Below, one piece after another: positions 39,006-49,430 of a stretch of DNA of 64,000 nt. Location: the NCBI GenBank assembly GCA_963692865.2, contig OY843592.1, positions 2,432,001 to 2,496,000 on the forward strand. Reading direction: 5' to 3'. The notes under the pieces are model-generated. The model searched no databases. It was not told the origin of the DNA and saw nothing but the letters and a program-made list of their open reading frames with translations. Source of the stretch: a bacterium. Its GTDB lineage: Bacteria > UBA8248. The first letter of the stretch is position 1. Every line of letters starts with the position of its first letter. The translations under genes were made by a program, and so were the position numbers.

Positions 39006-39268
39006 GGGGTTGTTGAAGAACCCTCCTTGCCCGGAATTCGCCACCGCCCTCGTTCCGGCTTTCGCCGGAATGACGAATAAAACCGAACCGCCTCGAAAGG
39101 ACAGGTCGCGAACTGTCACTACGGGACCGTGAATCGAAGTGTTGGCGTAGGGGCGCTTCGTGAAGCGCCCTCGTCTTCGGCGCGGGCCGTTCGCGAACGG
39201 CCCCTACGGCGGGTGCGGCGTTTGATCGTCATGACGGCTGTGGACAATGAGGGTTATTTGGCAACCCT
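39006..39268. mobile_element. MITE-like shell (reverse orientation) containing a CGTC REP and a GTAG REP doublet
   Basis: GGGGTTGTTGAAGAA plus reverse of the conserved tail; TTCCGGCTTTCGCCGGAATGACG; GTAGGGGCGCTTCGTGAAGCGCCC...GGGCCGTTCGCGAACGGCCCCTAC. Confidence 0.7.
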
Positions 39269-39304
39269 CCAAGAGAACGATTCAGACACTGAAGCCTCGC
39301 CAGA

Positions 39305-40831
39305 TCAGGCCGAGGTGCCCGCCCGTGAAACCCTGAACTTGAAGATCATCGGCACGAGCGGCAGGACGAACAGGATGACGGAAACCATCATCAGCACCGC
39401 GGCGATGGGATGTCCGGCGAAGTCGAAGAAGATGCCGGGGCTCCCGTGGCTCATGATCATGCTCTGGCGGAAGGTGCGCTCCGTCAATCCTCCCAGAACC
39501 AGCGCCAGCACCATCGGGGCGAGGGGATAGTCGAGTTTGCGGAACACGTAGCCGACCGCGCCGAATATGAACATGAGATAGACGTCGAACATGTCCTGCG
39601 TCGGTGAGAACCCGCCGACAGCGCAGACGACGAGGATGATCGGGGCGAGAATCGTCATGGGCATCCTGAGCATCCAGATGAAGATCGGAACCGCGAAAAT
39701 GGCGACGATGACCGCCATCGTGTTCGCGATGTAGAGGCTCCCGGTAAGGCCCCAGACGAACTCCGCGTTTTCGACGAACAGCCGGGGACCCGGTACGAGT
39801 CCCCACACGAACAGGGCGCCGAGCATCACCGCCGTGGTCGGTGAACCCGGAATTCCCAGCGTCAGCATGGGGAGCATCGAACCCGTGCTCGCCGCGTTGT
39901 TGGCGCACTCGGGCGCCGCGACCCCCTCGATGGTTCCCTTGCCGAATTCTTCGGGCGTTTTCGAAAAGCGTTTCGCGATGCTGTAGCTCATGAAGCTCGC
40001 GGGCGTAGCGCCCGCTGCGGGCAGCATGCCGACGAAAAACCCGAGCAGGGAGCCTCTCATGATGGTGGGGGCGCATTTCGTGAGACCCTTGAGGGTCGAG
40101 ACGATCTCTTGCGCGCCGAGCTTCGCCTGGTATCTCTCCTTCGTCTTGAAGCCTTCTTCCAGGGTGTAGAAAATTTCCCCGACGCCGTAGATGCCGATGG
40201 CCAGCACGAGGAAATTGATGCCGTGATAAAAACCCGTGATGCCCCCGAATATGAGGCGCGGCGAGCCGCTCACGATGTCGGTTCCCACGGTGGACATGAG
40301 CAGCCCCAGCATGGTGGCGATGAGCGTCTTGAGGGGGCTTTCACCGCCCAGTCCCGCGAAGGTGGCGTACGCCAGCAGCACGACGGCGAATTCCTCGGGC
40401 GGGCCGAAGCGCAAGGCGAACTCGGCCAGGGGCGGGGCGAAGAACGTGAAGAGGACGATGGATAAAGTCCCGCCGATGAAGCTGGCCACCGCCGCCGTCA
40501 CAAGGGCGTCAGCGGCTTTCCCCTTTCTCGCCAGCGGATAGCCGTCGAACGTGGTCGCGACGGCCGTGGACGCTCCCGGGATGTTCAGCGTGATCGAACT
40601 GATGGCGCCGCCGTACATGGCCCCGTAGTAGATGGCGGCCAGGAAGATGATGGCGCTCGTCGGCGGAACGGCGAACGTGATGGGCAGCAGGATGGCGACC
40701 CCGTTCACCGAACCCAGCCCCGGCATCGCGCCTATGGCGACGCCCAGGACGACGCCGAACAGCGCCATCAACAGGTTTTGCGGCGAGATCGCAACACCCA
40801 GCCCGTAGAATAGATTACCGAGAATCTCCAA
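39305..40831 (-). CDS. tctA: Tripartite tricarboxylate transporter large subunit
   Basis: GAMPGLG, YYGAMYGG, EGVAAPECANNA, LTLGIPGS. Confidence 0.92.
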   Translation of the reverse strand: MEILGNLFYGLGVAISPQNLLMALFGVVLGVAIGAMPGLGSVNGVAILLPITFAVPPTSAIIFLAAIYYGAMYGGAISSITLNIPGASTAVATTFDGYPLARKGKAADALVTAAVASFIGGTLSIVLFTFFAPPLAEFALRFGPPEEFAVVLLAYATFAGLGGESPLKTLIATMLGLLMSTVGTDIVSGSPRLIFGGITGFYHGINFLVLAIGIYGVGEIFYTLEEGFKTKERYQAKLGAQEIVSTLKGLTKCAPTIMRGSLLGFFVGMLPAAGATPASFMSYSIAKRFSKTPEEFGKGTIEGVAAPECANNAASTGSMLPMLTLGIPGSPTTAVMLGALFVWGLVPGPRLFVENAEFVWGLTGSLYIANTMAVIVAIFAVPIFIWMLRMPMTILAPIILVVCAVGGFSPTQDMFDVYLMFIFGAVGYVFRKLDYPLAPMVLALVLGGLTERTFRQSMIMSHGSPGIFFDFAGHPIAAVLMMVSVILFVLPLVPMIFKFRVSRAGTSA

Positions 40832-40913
40832 TTTACGCGGCCCTTAGGACAAACCTTGCCCCTACGATTACAGGGAATTCCCTAACGGATGGGCAAAGGA
40901 AACAGTGAAATAA

Positions 40914-41405
40914 TCAGTTCCAGTAAAACAGGAATTCCGCATACCCCTTCGGCAAGGGGATGATCAAAAATTTCTCGAAAATGTAATACACCACGACGGG
41001 GACGCCAACCGATACGCCGACGCTCGTCTTGAGGTTGTGCCCCCCGACGATGAACAGGCAATAGAAGATGAACAGGGCGGCGGAAAAATACACCGATATC
41101 ACGCCGATCAGGAGAATCATGAGCATACCGGGCAGGCCGACGCGCAACAGGTCGCCCAGGCCCTCCCTGCGCATGAACACTCCCGAGTCGGTCATGGAGG
41201 CCTCGCTTCGCCGCGAACGAAACAGCGACTGGAGCAACACCATCAAGGACACGGCGGCGATACCCAAAGAGAGCCAGAAGGGGAGGAACCCCCCTCCTGG
41301 CCCTTCCTTCGGTAGTATGCCGACAGGTAGTTCCGTAGCTTTCCAGGCGACGCCGAGGCTGACAAAAATCAGCCCGATGGCGACTATCCTATCCGCCCGC
41401 TGCAT
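40914..41405 (-). CDS. tctB: Tripartite tricarboxylate transporter small subunit
   Basis: GPGGGFLP, FEKFLIIPLPKG; lies between tctC and tctA. Confidence 0.85.
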   Translation of the reverse strand: MQRADRIVAIGLIFVSLGVAWKATELPVGILPKEGPGGGFLPFWLSLGIAAVSLMVLLQSLFRSRRSEASMTDSGVFMRREGLGDLLRVGLPGMLMILLIGVISVYFSAALFIFYCLFIVGGHNLKTSVGVSVGVPVVVYYIFEKFLIIPLPKGYAEFLFYWN

Positions 41406-41424
41406 CTAGATTCTTCTCCAAAAG

Positions 41425-42429
41425 CTAATTCTTCAGCAATCCCATGCCCTTGAGCAGCTTCTTGTGCTTCACGTCCTCCGAAGCGAAGAACTTGCCCAGA
41501 GGGGCGCCGCTCAGGCAGGCGCGGTTCAGCGCCTTCTTCGAGGTGTAGTCTTTCCACTCCTTGGAGTTGCACAGCTTGTTGAACAAATCGGTGTACCACT
41601 TCACAGCGTCCTTGGAGATGCCGCCGGGCGCGTTGATGCTGCGCTGCATGAAATACACGAGTTGCGGCTGGCCCAACTCCTTGAACGTGGGGACTTCCTT
41701 GAAAGCGGGAATACGCTCGGGCGTCAACGCGGCTATCGGCTTCATCTTGCCGGGATAGTGCGGCAGCCCCTCGGAGGGGTTGTTCACCGTCGAGTCGACG
41801 TGTCCGCCTGCGAGGTTTTTCGCCACGGTGCCGCCGCCCCGGAAAGGTACGTAGGTGATCATGCCTTTCAGGCCATAGGCCTGCATGAGCATGTTCGTGA
41901 CGAGCTGGTCCTCCTGCATTTTGCCCGTGCCGCCCATGGTCCATTTCCCTTTCTTGGCTTTCACGGCCTTCACGAAATCATCGATGTTCTTGATCCCCGA
42001 CTTCGTATTGACCCAAAGGAGGAACGTGTCCATGGCCAGCCGGTATACCGGCGTGAGCTTCGTGTAGTTTACCGGCAGCTTCCGCAGGGCGGGGGTGGTG
42101 AAGAAGCTGTTCAGCGTCACGAGGATGACGTGCGGGTTCCCTTTCTTCGAGAGCAGGTAGAGCATCGCCTCGGCGCCGGAGCCGCCTTTCTTGTTGATCG
42201 GAACCAGCGGCTGCGGCGACCATTTGTTCTGGGTGACGATTTTCTGCATGAGACGGGCGATGCGGTCCGCGCCGCCTCCTTTGCCCGCCATGATGATGAA
42301 CTCAATCGGCCGCGTCGGCTTCCATGCAGCAAGAGCCTGCGTGGTCCCCAGCGCAACGACGATGAACAGACTCAGCGCAAGGGTGAGGAACGGAATAGCG
42401 CGTCTCGAACCTTTCAGCGATTTCATCAT
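41425..42429 (-). CDS. tctC: Tripartite tricarboxylate transporter binding protein (Bug)
   Basis: Signal peptide, PTRPIEFII, GGGADRIAR, VPFRGGG, VPTFKE. Confidence 0.9.
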   Translation of the reverse strand: MMKSLKGSRRAIPFLTLALSLFIVVALGTTQALAAWKPTRPIEFIIMAGKGGGADRIARLMQKIVTQNKWSPQPLVPINKKGGSGAEAMLYLLSKKGNPHVILVTLNSFFTTPALRKLPVNYTKLTPVYRLAMDTFLLWVNTKSGIKNIDDFVKAVKAKKGKWTMGGTGKMQEDQLVTNMLMQAYGLKGMITYVPFRGGGTVAKNLAGGHVDSTVNNPSEGLPHYPGKMKPIAALTPERIPAFKEVPTFKELGQPQLVYFMQRSINAPGGISKDAVKWYTDLFNKLCNSKEWKDYTSKKALNRACLSGAPLGKFFASEDVKHKKLLKGMGLLKN

Positions 42430-42691
42430 ATTCCCTCCTTTTATGCTGCGGAATGAAGTGCCTGCAACAGCGAAAATGATACCGCGATAGAATTTTGTTT
42501 GAAGATGACGAATTCCCCCCACTCTCGTCAAAGCTGGAACTTCTCGAAAAGCAATCGTTCTGTAAGGCTATGGTTCCCTGAAGTTTACCATGAAGCAACG
42601 CGCTTCTCAACGAGGCGATTTTCACGGGCGGGGCGCAGGTGGGGTTAATCGTATTATTCGCGCCGCATGCAGCAGGAAAAGCGGGAGTTAT

Positions 42692-42883
42692 TTATCCCCT
42701 GGTTCTTTTGATGAGTTCCCTGAGCGCAGCCATGGATTCCTCATGCTTGCGCTCTGAATCTTTCGTCCGTATCTCGAAATTCCTGTCCATGACTCGGATG
42801 CCGTAGAAAATTAGAAACGTCTGGGTTGCGCTAATAATGAGACCAAGCAATTGCGTAATACTGATTGCTTCATAAGATACCAT
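42692..42883 (-). CDS. Small hypothetical single-TM protein
   Basis: AAGGGG RBS, one hydrophobic helix plus amphipathic tail; lower GC. Confidence 0.5.
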   Translation of the reverse strand: MVSYEAISITQLLGLIISATQTFLIFYGIRVMDRNFEIRTKDSERKHEESMAALRELIKRTRG

Positions 42884-43004
42884 TCCCCTTGCTCTCTTAA
42901 GGTTGGTGATGCGCCAAAATGAGTCGATTGCATTTAGTCGTCAAAAATTTCACATTATCCGCTTCGTCAAATAAAACATGTCATTATCCCAAAAGGATTG
43001 TCCC

Positions 43005-43448
43005 CTAGATTTCCTCGATATCATCTCTCGATTCGAATTCGCGGACGGCGCGGCGGATGTAGGGAGGCACGCGGACGGGTTTTTGCGAATCCTTATCGAT
43101 GATGACGTAGGCCGTCTGCGCCCTGGCGACGAAGCGCTCCGTTTCGGCCTCGTAGATCTCATAGTCCATCTTGATGCTGGAGTTCCCGATTTCGTAAATG
43201 CGCGCGTAGACTTCCAGTACCTCGTCGAAATGGGCGGGCGCCAGGAATTGAACCGAGGCGTCGACGATGACGATGTCATATCCCCTCTCAAGCATGTCGA
43301 AGTACGGAACGCCGATGTCGCGCAGGTAGTCCATCTGCGCGGTATCGACGTAGAGGAGATAGTTGGCGTTGAACACCACGCCCTGAAGGTCGGTCTCGCC
43401 GAAGCGCACGCGCATTTCACTCTTGTAGCTGTACTGGTCTTTGGGCAT
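43005..43448 (-). CDS. Acyl-CoA thioesterase (4HBT/YbgC hotdog family)
   Basis: VRFGETDLQGVVFNANY. Confidence 0.88.
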   Translation of the reverse strand: MPKDQYSYKSEMRVRFGETDLQGVVFNANYLLYVDTAQMDYLRDIGVPYFDMLERGYDIVIVDASVQFLAPAHFDEVLEVYARIYEIGNSSIKMDYEIYEAETERFVARAQTAYVIIDKDSQKPVRVPPYIRRAVREFESRDDIEEI

Positions 43449-43496
43449 AGGGCATTTCTAATGAAAACGCCTGAAATTCGCAAACCCGCGCAATCT

Positions 43497-43931
43497 GGGG
43501 TTGTAGAAAAACCCCTCTCCGCCTCATCCTGAGTAGCGGCGGCCGGGTAAGACGAGAGTTTGAGGGTCTTGACGTCATTCCGGTGTCGGAGACGACCGAG
43601 GAGGGAGGGTTCGACGGAATCCATTTGTTTTGCCTTCGTTCTTTATTTTCTGATTGGTTCCCGTCAATAACGAGGAGATAAAAAGCCGACTTGTTATCAT
43701 TCTGCTTGAAAATGGATTCCGGCTTTCGCCGGAATGACGGCGGTGGTCAATTCCGAGCGAGGAGGGCTTTTCAACAACCCTTTCGCAGTCGCGTTTGACC
43801 TTCGGCGGCTACTCAGGGTGAGGAGAGAAGCATTAGCAGGTTTGCGGGAGTCGAACCCGATTGAGGAATGAGGGTTCGACGCGACCGGGGAGGGAGCTTC
43901 GCTGCTTTTGACGGGACTTTTTCAACAACCC
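43497..43931. mobile_element. Nested MITE-like composite repeat (one left end, two right ends, CGTC doublet, CCTCATCCTGAGTAG pair)
   Basis: GGGGTTGTAGAAAAA 43497; right ends 43764-43780 and 43913-43931; homology to loci at 51033 and 61579. Confidence 0.72.
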
Positions 43932-44032
43932 ATATCTGCGCGAGCGGCTCCCGGCTTGTTCCCTCATCGGCGTCGGTTATAATAGCGGCGCCCGGAATGG
44001 CGAACGCCAGCTTCAAGTGCATGGAGTCGTTG

Positions 44033-45301
44033 ATGATCAGCGTGGAAGAAGCCCAGAACTCGATACTGGAAATGATCCGCCCGATGGGGCGCGAGCGGGT
44101 GGGCCTGCTCGATTGTCCGGGCAGGGTGCTCGCCGAGGACGTCCAGTCCCCGCGGCCCGTTCCGCCCTGGAACAACTCGGCGATGGACGGCTACGCCCTG
44201 CGCGCGGAAGACGTGGCGGGCGCGAGCCGCGAAACGCCGAAGACGCTGAGAGTGGTCGAGGAGATTCAGGCGGGCGTCGTGGCGAAGCGTGCGCTCGGCC
44301 CGGGCGAGGCGATCAAGATCATGACGGGCGCGCCCATCCCCGATGGCGCGAACGCCGTCGTGCTGGTCGAGGAGACGGAACGAATCTCTGACGACGAGGT
44401 GCGCATTTTCCTCGCCGTGCGCGAGGGAGAGGCCGTCCGGCTCGCCGGGGAAGACGTGAAGCCGGGCGAGACGGTTCTCTCGCGCGGAACGCTCCTGGGC
44501 GCGGCTTCGGCGGGCATGCTGGCGAACGTCGGCCGGGCGCGGGTGTACACCTACCAAAAACCAAAGGTGGCCATCCTCGCGACCGGAGAGGAACTCGTCG
44601 ATCTGGGCGATGCTCCCGGCGTCGGACAGATATTCAACTCCAACTCCTACGCCCTGGCCGCGCAGGTGGTGGAAGCGGGCGGCGAGCCGGTTCTCCTTGG
44701 CATCGCCCGCGACGACGCGGAGGATTTGAGCCGCCACATATACGACGGCCTCGCCGCCGACCTTCTCATCACGAGCGGCGGCGTCTCGGTGGGGGACTTC
44801 GATCTCGTGAAAACGACGCTCGGCGGGCTGGGGAACGACATGCGCTTCTGGCGGGTGCGCATGAAGCCGGGCAAGCCGATGGCGTTCGGCGTGCTGAACA
44901 ACAAACCCGTGTTCGGCCTGCCGGGGAACCCCGTCTCCACGATGGTGAGCTTCGAGCTCTTCGTGCGGCCGGCGCTGCTCAAGATGCAGGGTCACGAGCA
45001 CCTCTTCCGCGCGAGCGTGGAGGCGCGCCTGCTTCATCCGCTAACGAAATCGCCCGAGCGCCGCCACTACGTCCGCTCGGTCGCCTACCGCGACGGGGAG
45101 GGGTGGGCCGTCCGGGCGATAGAGGCGCAAGGCTCCAACATCCTGCATTCCATGGTGCGCGCGAACGCCCTTGTCGTATTCCCGGAACACGAGACCGAAC
45201 TCGCCGCCGGCAGCCGCGTGCAGGTCGTCCTGCTGGGGGGGATGCCCGCCGAGAAACCCGAACACGTCGAGGCGGCCTCTCTCGAAGGCGTGCACTCCTG
45301 A
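44033..45301 (+). CDS. moeA: Molybdopterin molybdotransferase
   Basis: SAMDGYA, IMTGAP, SGGVSVGD, KPGKP, LPGNP. Confidence 0.93.
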   Translation: MISVEEAQNSILEMIRPMGRERVGLLDCPGRVLAEDVQSPRPVPPWNNSAMDGYALRAEDVAGASRETPKTLRVVEEIQAGVVAKRALGPGEAIKIMTGAPIPDGANAVVLVEETERISDDEVRIFLAVREGEAVRLAGEDVKPGETVLSRGTLLGAASAGMLANVGRARVYTYQKPKVAILATGEELVDLGDAPGVGQIFNSNSYALAAQVVEAGGEPVLLGIARDDAEDLSRHIYDGLAADLLITSGGVSVGDFDLVKTTLGGLGNDMRFWRVRMKPGKPMAFGVLNNKPVFGLPGNPVSTMVSFELFVRPALLKMQGHEHLFRASVEARLLHPLTKSPERRHYVRSVAYRDGEGWAVRAIEAQGSNILHSMVRANALVVFPEHETELAAGSRVQVVLLGGMPAEKPEHVEAASLEGVHS

Positions 45302-45344
45302 ACAGACTGTTTTCAGATTGCCGACTCCCTTGGGAGCGCCCTGC

Positions 45345-45968
45345 ATGAACTCTTTGGCAACGCCCAGGCTGCCTTATTCCGCCGCCATCCTGGCCGGCGG
45401 CCGAAGCCGCCGGATGGGGCGCGACAAATCCATACTGGAGATAGGCGGGGTCCCCCTCATCCGGCGCATCGCGGACGGACTGGAGGAGATTTTTTCGCGA
45501 GTGTTCGTCGTGGCGAACGAACGGGAGCGATTCGAGCAGATGGGCCTCGACGTGGTGGGGGACATTCATCCGGGCAACGACTCGCTGGGCGGCCTCCACG
45601 CCGCCGTGGCGAGTGCAGAAAGCCCGCACGTTTTCGTGGCGGGGTGCGACATGCCGCTGCTCAGACCCGCGCTCATACGCGGCCTCGCCTCCCTGGTGGA
45701 AGGGTGGGACGTGGTGATTCCCGTCAAGGACGACTACCCCGAGCCGCTTTGCGCGTTCTACGGAGAAAAATGCGCGCCCCATATCGAGGAATCCATTTCG
45801 AGAGGGCGTCTCAAGATGATAGGGTTTCACGAGCACGCGCGCGTGAGGCGGGTGGAGGAGGCGGCCTGGAGAGAATGGGATCCCGAAGGGGCGTCTTTCC
45901 TGAACGCCAACACGCCGGAGGAATTCGAAACAATCAAATCCGTATTCATGAGGGGAGAGCCGAAATGA
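45345..45968 (+). CDS. mobA: Molybdenum cofactor guanylyltransferase
   Basis: LAGGRSRRMGRDK, GCDMP, FLNANTPEE. Confidence 0.92.
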   Translation: MNSLATPRLPYSAAILAGGRSRRMGRDKSILEIGGVPLIRRIADGLEEIFSRVFVVANERERFEQMGLDVVGDIHPGNDSLGGLHAAVASAESPHVFVAGCDMPLLRPALIRGLASLVEGWDVVIPVKDDYPEPLCAFYGEKCAPHIEESISRGRLKMIGFHEHARVRRVEEAAWREWDPEGASFLNANTPEEFETIKSVFMRGEPK

Positions 45969-46423
45969 GCGTCGCCGATCGCATGAACGAACTGGGCATC
46001 GAACTGCCCCCCGCGCCCGCCCCCGTCGGGGCGTACGTTCCATACGTCGTCTCGGGGTCGTTGATGTTCATCTCGGGCCAGATTCCGATCAGGGACGGCG
46101 CGCTGATTCACGAGGGGAAAGTGCCGGGCGAGGTCTCCATCGAGCAGGGACAGGAATGCGCAGCGCTTTGCTTCCTGAACGCCGTCGCGCAGGCGAAAGC
46201 GGCCCTGGGCGACTTGGAGCGCGTGGAGAGAATCGTCCGCATGAGCGGGTTCGTGGCCGTTTCCGAGGACTTCACCGCGCAGCCGCTCGTCGTGAACGGG
46301 GCGTCCGACCTGGCCGTCGAGATTTTCGGCGAGAAGGGCAGGCATTCGAGAGTGGCGGTGGGCGTGGCGGAGCTTCCCCTGGGGGCGCCCGTGGAGCTCG
46401 ATGTGATACTTGAGGTGAAATGA
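45965..46423 (+). CDS. RidA family protein (YjgF-like subfamily)
   Basis: PVGAYVP, ISGQIP, NGASD, GRHSRVAVG. Confidence 0.85.
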   Translation: MSVADRMNELGIELPPAPAPVGAYVPYVVSGSLMFISGQIPIRDGALIHEGKVPGEVSIEQGQECAALCFLNAVAQAKAALGDLERVERIVRMSGFVAVSEDFTAQPLVVNGASDLAVEIFGEKGRHSRVAVGVAELPLGAPVELDVILEVK

Positions 46424-46516
46424 CCTATGTATTGTTTATATGGAATTTGTCGCTAATGTAAGTTGGGTTCCGAGTTCTGGATTCGAAAGGGAACGAAGTG
46501 CTCACTTTTTCCTGGA

Positions 46517-46775
46517 GGGGGTTGTTGGAAAAGTCCCCTTGCCGGGGGGCGGCCTTTTGCTTTTGATCTTCATTCCGGCGAAAGCCGGAATCCATTTGCG
46601 GATGCGGTTGAATAAACGGCGGCGTTTCATTCCGCGCCGAGGCGCGGGGAACCTGACGAGACGAAAGGCAAAAGGCGTAAAAATGGATTCCGGCTTTCGC
46701 CGGAATGACGGCAGTGGTGAATTCCGACTAATGAAGGAGGAATTCTTCCGAGCGAGAAGGGCTTTTTCAACAACC
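46517..46775. mobile_element. MITE-like shell with CGTC REP doublet
   Basis: GGGGGTTGTTGGAAAAG...GGCTTTTTCAACAACC; inverted REPs 46570-46595 and 46683-46710. Confidence 0.78.
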
Positions 46776-46875
46776 TTTCATCAGTCAGAGTTGACCCCCG
46801 CTCTTCCAAAGACCCATCATCGCTGTATAATCCTTGCGGACCGAGCCGTTGGCGCAACAACAGATTGAGGGTTCG

Positions 46876-48297
46876 ATGATTTACCGGTTCATGGCGTCGA
46901 TGCTTTTGATGTCGTTCATGGTTTCCGTCGCGCCCGCGCAGGCGAACCCGGACATCGATTTGATGAAAAGAATCGAGCGGGCGTTCACGCGGATAGCCGA
47001 AGGCGTGAAGCCGACGGTCGTGAGCATACGGGCGGAGAGAATCAGGGGAGCGACGCAACAGGCGCCCCGGTCGCCCCATCCGAACATACCGATGTTCTCG
47101 TCCGGTTCCGGCGTCATCATCGACGCGCAAGGCTACATTCTCACGAACAACCACGTGGTCAGCAACACGAGGCGCCTGCGCGTGCGCCTTTGGGACGAGT
47201 CCGCGCACTGGGCGAAAGTCGTCGGCACGGACAGGTATACCGATCTCGCGCTCGTCAAAATCGACGCGAAACGCCCCCTGCCCATGGCGACTCTGGGAGA
47301 TTCCGACAAGGTGAAGGTGGGGCAGTGGTCGATAGCGGTGGGCGATCCGTTCGGCATCACGAGGACGTTCACGGTGGGCGTCGTGAGCGGCATCGGGCGC
47401 AGCGGCGTCGGCGTCGCGCGCTACGAGCATTTCATCCAGACGGACGCCGCCATCAACCGGGGCAACAGCGGCGGCCCCCTCGTGAACATCGACGGCGAGG
47501 TCATCGGGATCAACACGGCGATTCCGGCCCCCGGCAGCGGCATCGGGTTCGCCATCCCCGTCAACATGGCGAAAGACGTCGTCAAATACCTGAGAAGAAG
47601 CGGAAATTTCCCGCGCGGCTATCTGGGCGTGACCATCCAGCCGGTGAGCCAGGACATGGCCTATCTGCTGGGGCTCCCGAAGGCGAGGGGCGCGCTCGTG
47701 GGTTCGCTGCTCAAGGACGGGCCGGCGGAGGGAGCGGGCATCCGTATGGGGGACGTCATCGTCCGCCTCGGCGGCGCGAGCGTCGTGGATACGGCCCATC
47801 TTCAGCGGCTCGTGGGCTGGACGCCGCCGGGAGAAGCCGTGGCCGTGGAGGTGATGCGCGACGCCGAGAGAAAAAAGTTCATGGTCAAACTGGTCCGCCT
47901 GCCCGGGCAGGAAACCGCAGATGCGAAGGCGAAGCCGAGCGAGATCGACGAACCCGAGAACAGGAAAAGCTACGGGGTGGCGCTGGAAAACCTGACCGAT
48001 GAGTTGAAGGACAAAAGCAAGCTGGAGACGGACGGCGGCGTTTATATCAGCGACGTGGAAGAGGGCAGCAGGGCGTATTACGACGGCTTGCGCGAGGGCA
48101 TGGTGATACGCGGACTGACCTACCGCCTGCCCGGAAACGGGAAAACGCCCATCCGCGTCTCGATTCAAAAACTCGAAGACGTCGAAGCGTTGCTGAAAAA
48201 AATTCCCGCGGGCGCGAACGTCCTGGGGCAGGTCGTGAGCGGGACGGACCGCGGGGAGCGGACGTTCTTTACCGTTCTCCACGGGTTTCGACGTTGA
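46876..48297 (+). CDS. HtrA/DegP-family serine endoprotease with PDZ domains
   Basis: Signal peptide, TNNHV, TDLAL, QTDAAINRGNSGGP, two PDZ regions. Confidence 0.92.
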   Translation: MIYRFMASMLLMSFMVSVAPAQANPDIDLMKRIERAFTRIAEGVKPTVVSIRAERIRGATQQAPRSPHPNIPMFSSGSGVIIDAQGYILTNNHVVSNTRRLRVRLWDESAHWAKVVGTDRYTDLALVKIDAKRPLPMATLGDSDKVKVGQWSIAVGDPFGITRTFTVGVVSGIGRSGVGVARYEHFIQTDAAINRGNSGGPLVNIDGEVIGINTAIPAPGSGIGFAIPVNMAKDVVKYLRRSGNFPRGYLGVTIQPVSQDMAYLLGLPKARGALVGSLLKDGPAEGAGIRMGDVIVRLGGASVVDTAHLQRLVGWTPPGEAVAVEVMRDAERKKFMVKLVRLPGQETADAKAKPSEIDEPENRKSYGVALENLTDELKDKSKLETDGGVYISDVEEGSRAYYDGLREGMVIRGLTYRLPGNGKTPIRVSIQKLEDVEALLKKIPAGANVLGQVVSGTDRGERTFFTVLHGFRR

Positions 48298-48334
48298 TTC
48301 CGATGGATATTGGCCGCCGGAGGAGAGCGCTTTC

Positions 48335-49417
48335 ATGCCGCGGATGAGAAGCATTCTTGTGGCCTTGCTGGTCTTTGCCTTTCCGGTTTTTGCGGGCGCG
48401 GGTCCCGAAACCGAGATCCGCACGCTGCTGCCCAAAGACGCCATTCCCGCCATCGACGATCCGAAATTCGCGTCCGCCGGGGATGCGGACGCTTTCATGC
48501 AGCCCGACGAGATGGTCATCGGGCTCAACATCAGGGGAGACAAGCGGGCCTATTCCGTCCCCCTGCTCAGTTCGCACGAGATCGTGAACGACGTGGTGGG
48601 GGGGAGCGCCGTCTCCGTCACATGGTGACCGCTCTGCTATACGGCCATCGTGTATGACCGCAACCTGGGGGATAAGAAGCTCAGCTTCGGCGTTTCGGGG
48701 AAACTCTGGAAGAACGTGCTCATCATGTACGACCGCCAGACGGATACGCTCTGGAGCCACCTGACGGGGGAGGGCCTCATCGGCCCCTTGAAGGGCAAGC
48801 GCCTGGGGACGTTCCCCGCCGCCATGATGCGCTATTCCGAATGGAAGCAGCTCTATCCCGACACCCTGGTGCTGAAAAAGAAGCTGAAAGGGATGGGGGG
48901 CATGTTCCGAAGCCCCTCGCGGGATCCGTATGAGGGCTATTACTACAGTTCCCAAACCGGCGTGATCCCCGAAAAATACCGCGACAACCGCCTGCACCCC
49001 AAAACCCTGCTGGTCGCCCTTGCGCTCGATTCCCCGAAAGAGAAGGGGAAGCAGGTCGCCAAGGTCTACCCGTTCGCCGACTTGAACCGCGCGGGCGTCG
49101 TGAACGACCGCTTCGCCGGGCGCGACGTTCTGGTCACTTACTGCGAGGGCGCGGGAACGGGCGTCGTCTTCGACCGCGTCCTGAAGGGCGAGACGCTGGA
49201 GTTCGAACTCGTAACGAGCGAGGGCGCAAAGGGCGCCGCCGCCTGCCGCTTCATGAAGGACAGGAAAACCGGTTCGCGCTGGCAGCGCCTGACCGGCCTC
49301 GCCGTGGGCGGGCCGATGAAGGGCGCCAGACTGAGCCAGCTTTCCACCACGCTCGCGTTCTGGTTCGGCTGGAAGGATTACTTTCCCGAAAGCCGGGTCT
49401 ACCGCCACAAGAAATAA
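48335..49417 (+). CDS. Secreted DUF3179 protein, probable selenoprotein (UPLC)
   Basis: ORFs 48335-48628 and 48650-49417 share a frame; KDAIPAID, HEIVND, VTW-TGA(48626-48628)-PLC, FGVSGKL, MYDRQT match DUF3179, whose motif is TxCPLC. Confidence 0.87.
48638..48654 (+). promoter_or_regulatory. Putative bacterial SECIS hairpin
   Basis: TATACG-GCCAT-CGTGTA stem-loop starting 10 nt after TGA, G at the first loop position. Confidence 0.5.
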
Positions 49418-49430
49418 CCGCACTGCTTGA

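Noticed and set aside
43844-43860. Second tRNA gene
   Set aside because: Only a T-arm-like hairpin; no D arm, anticodon arm or acceptor stem.
46440-46868. Short ORFs with MDSGFRRND/IPAKAGI peptides (also near 39.0, 49.6 and 51.0 kb)
   Set aside because: These are translations of the CGTC REP, not genes.
34573-48543. Long antisense ORFs (e.g. 34573-36348, 36436-37998, 46627-48543)
   Set aside because: Shadow ORFs caused by high-GC codon bias opposite well-supported genes.
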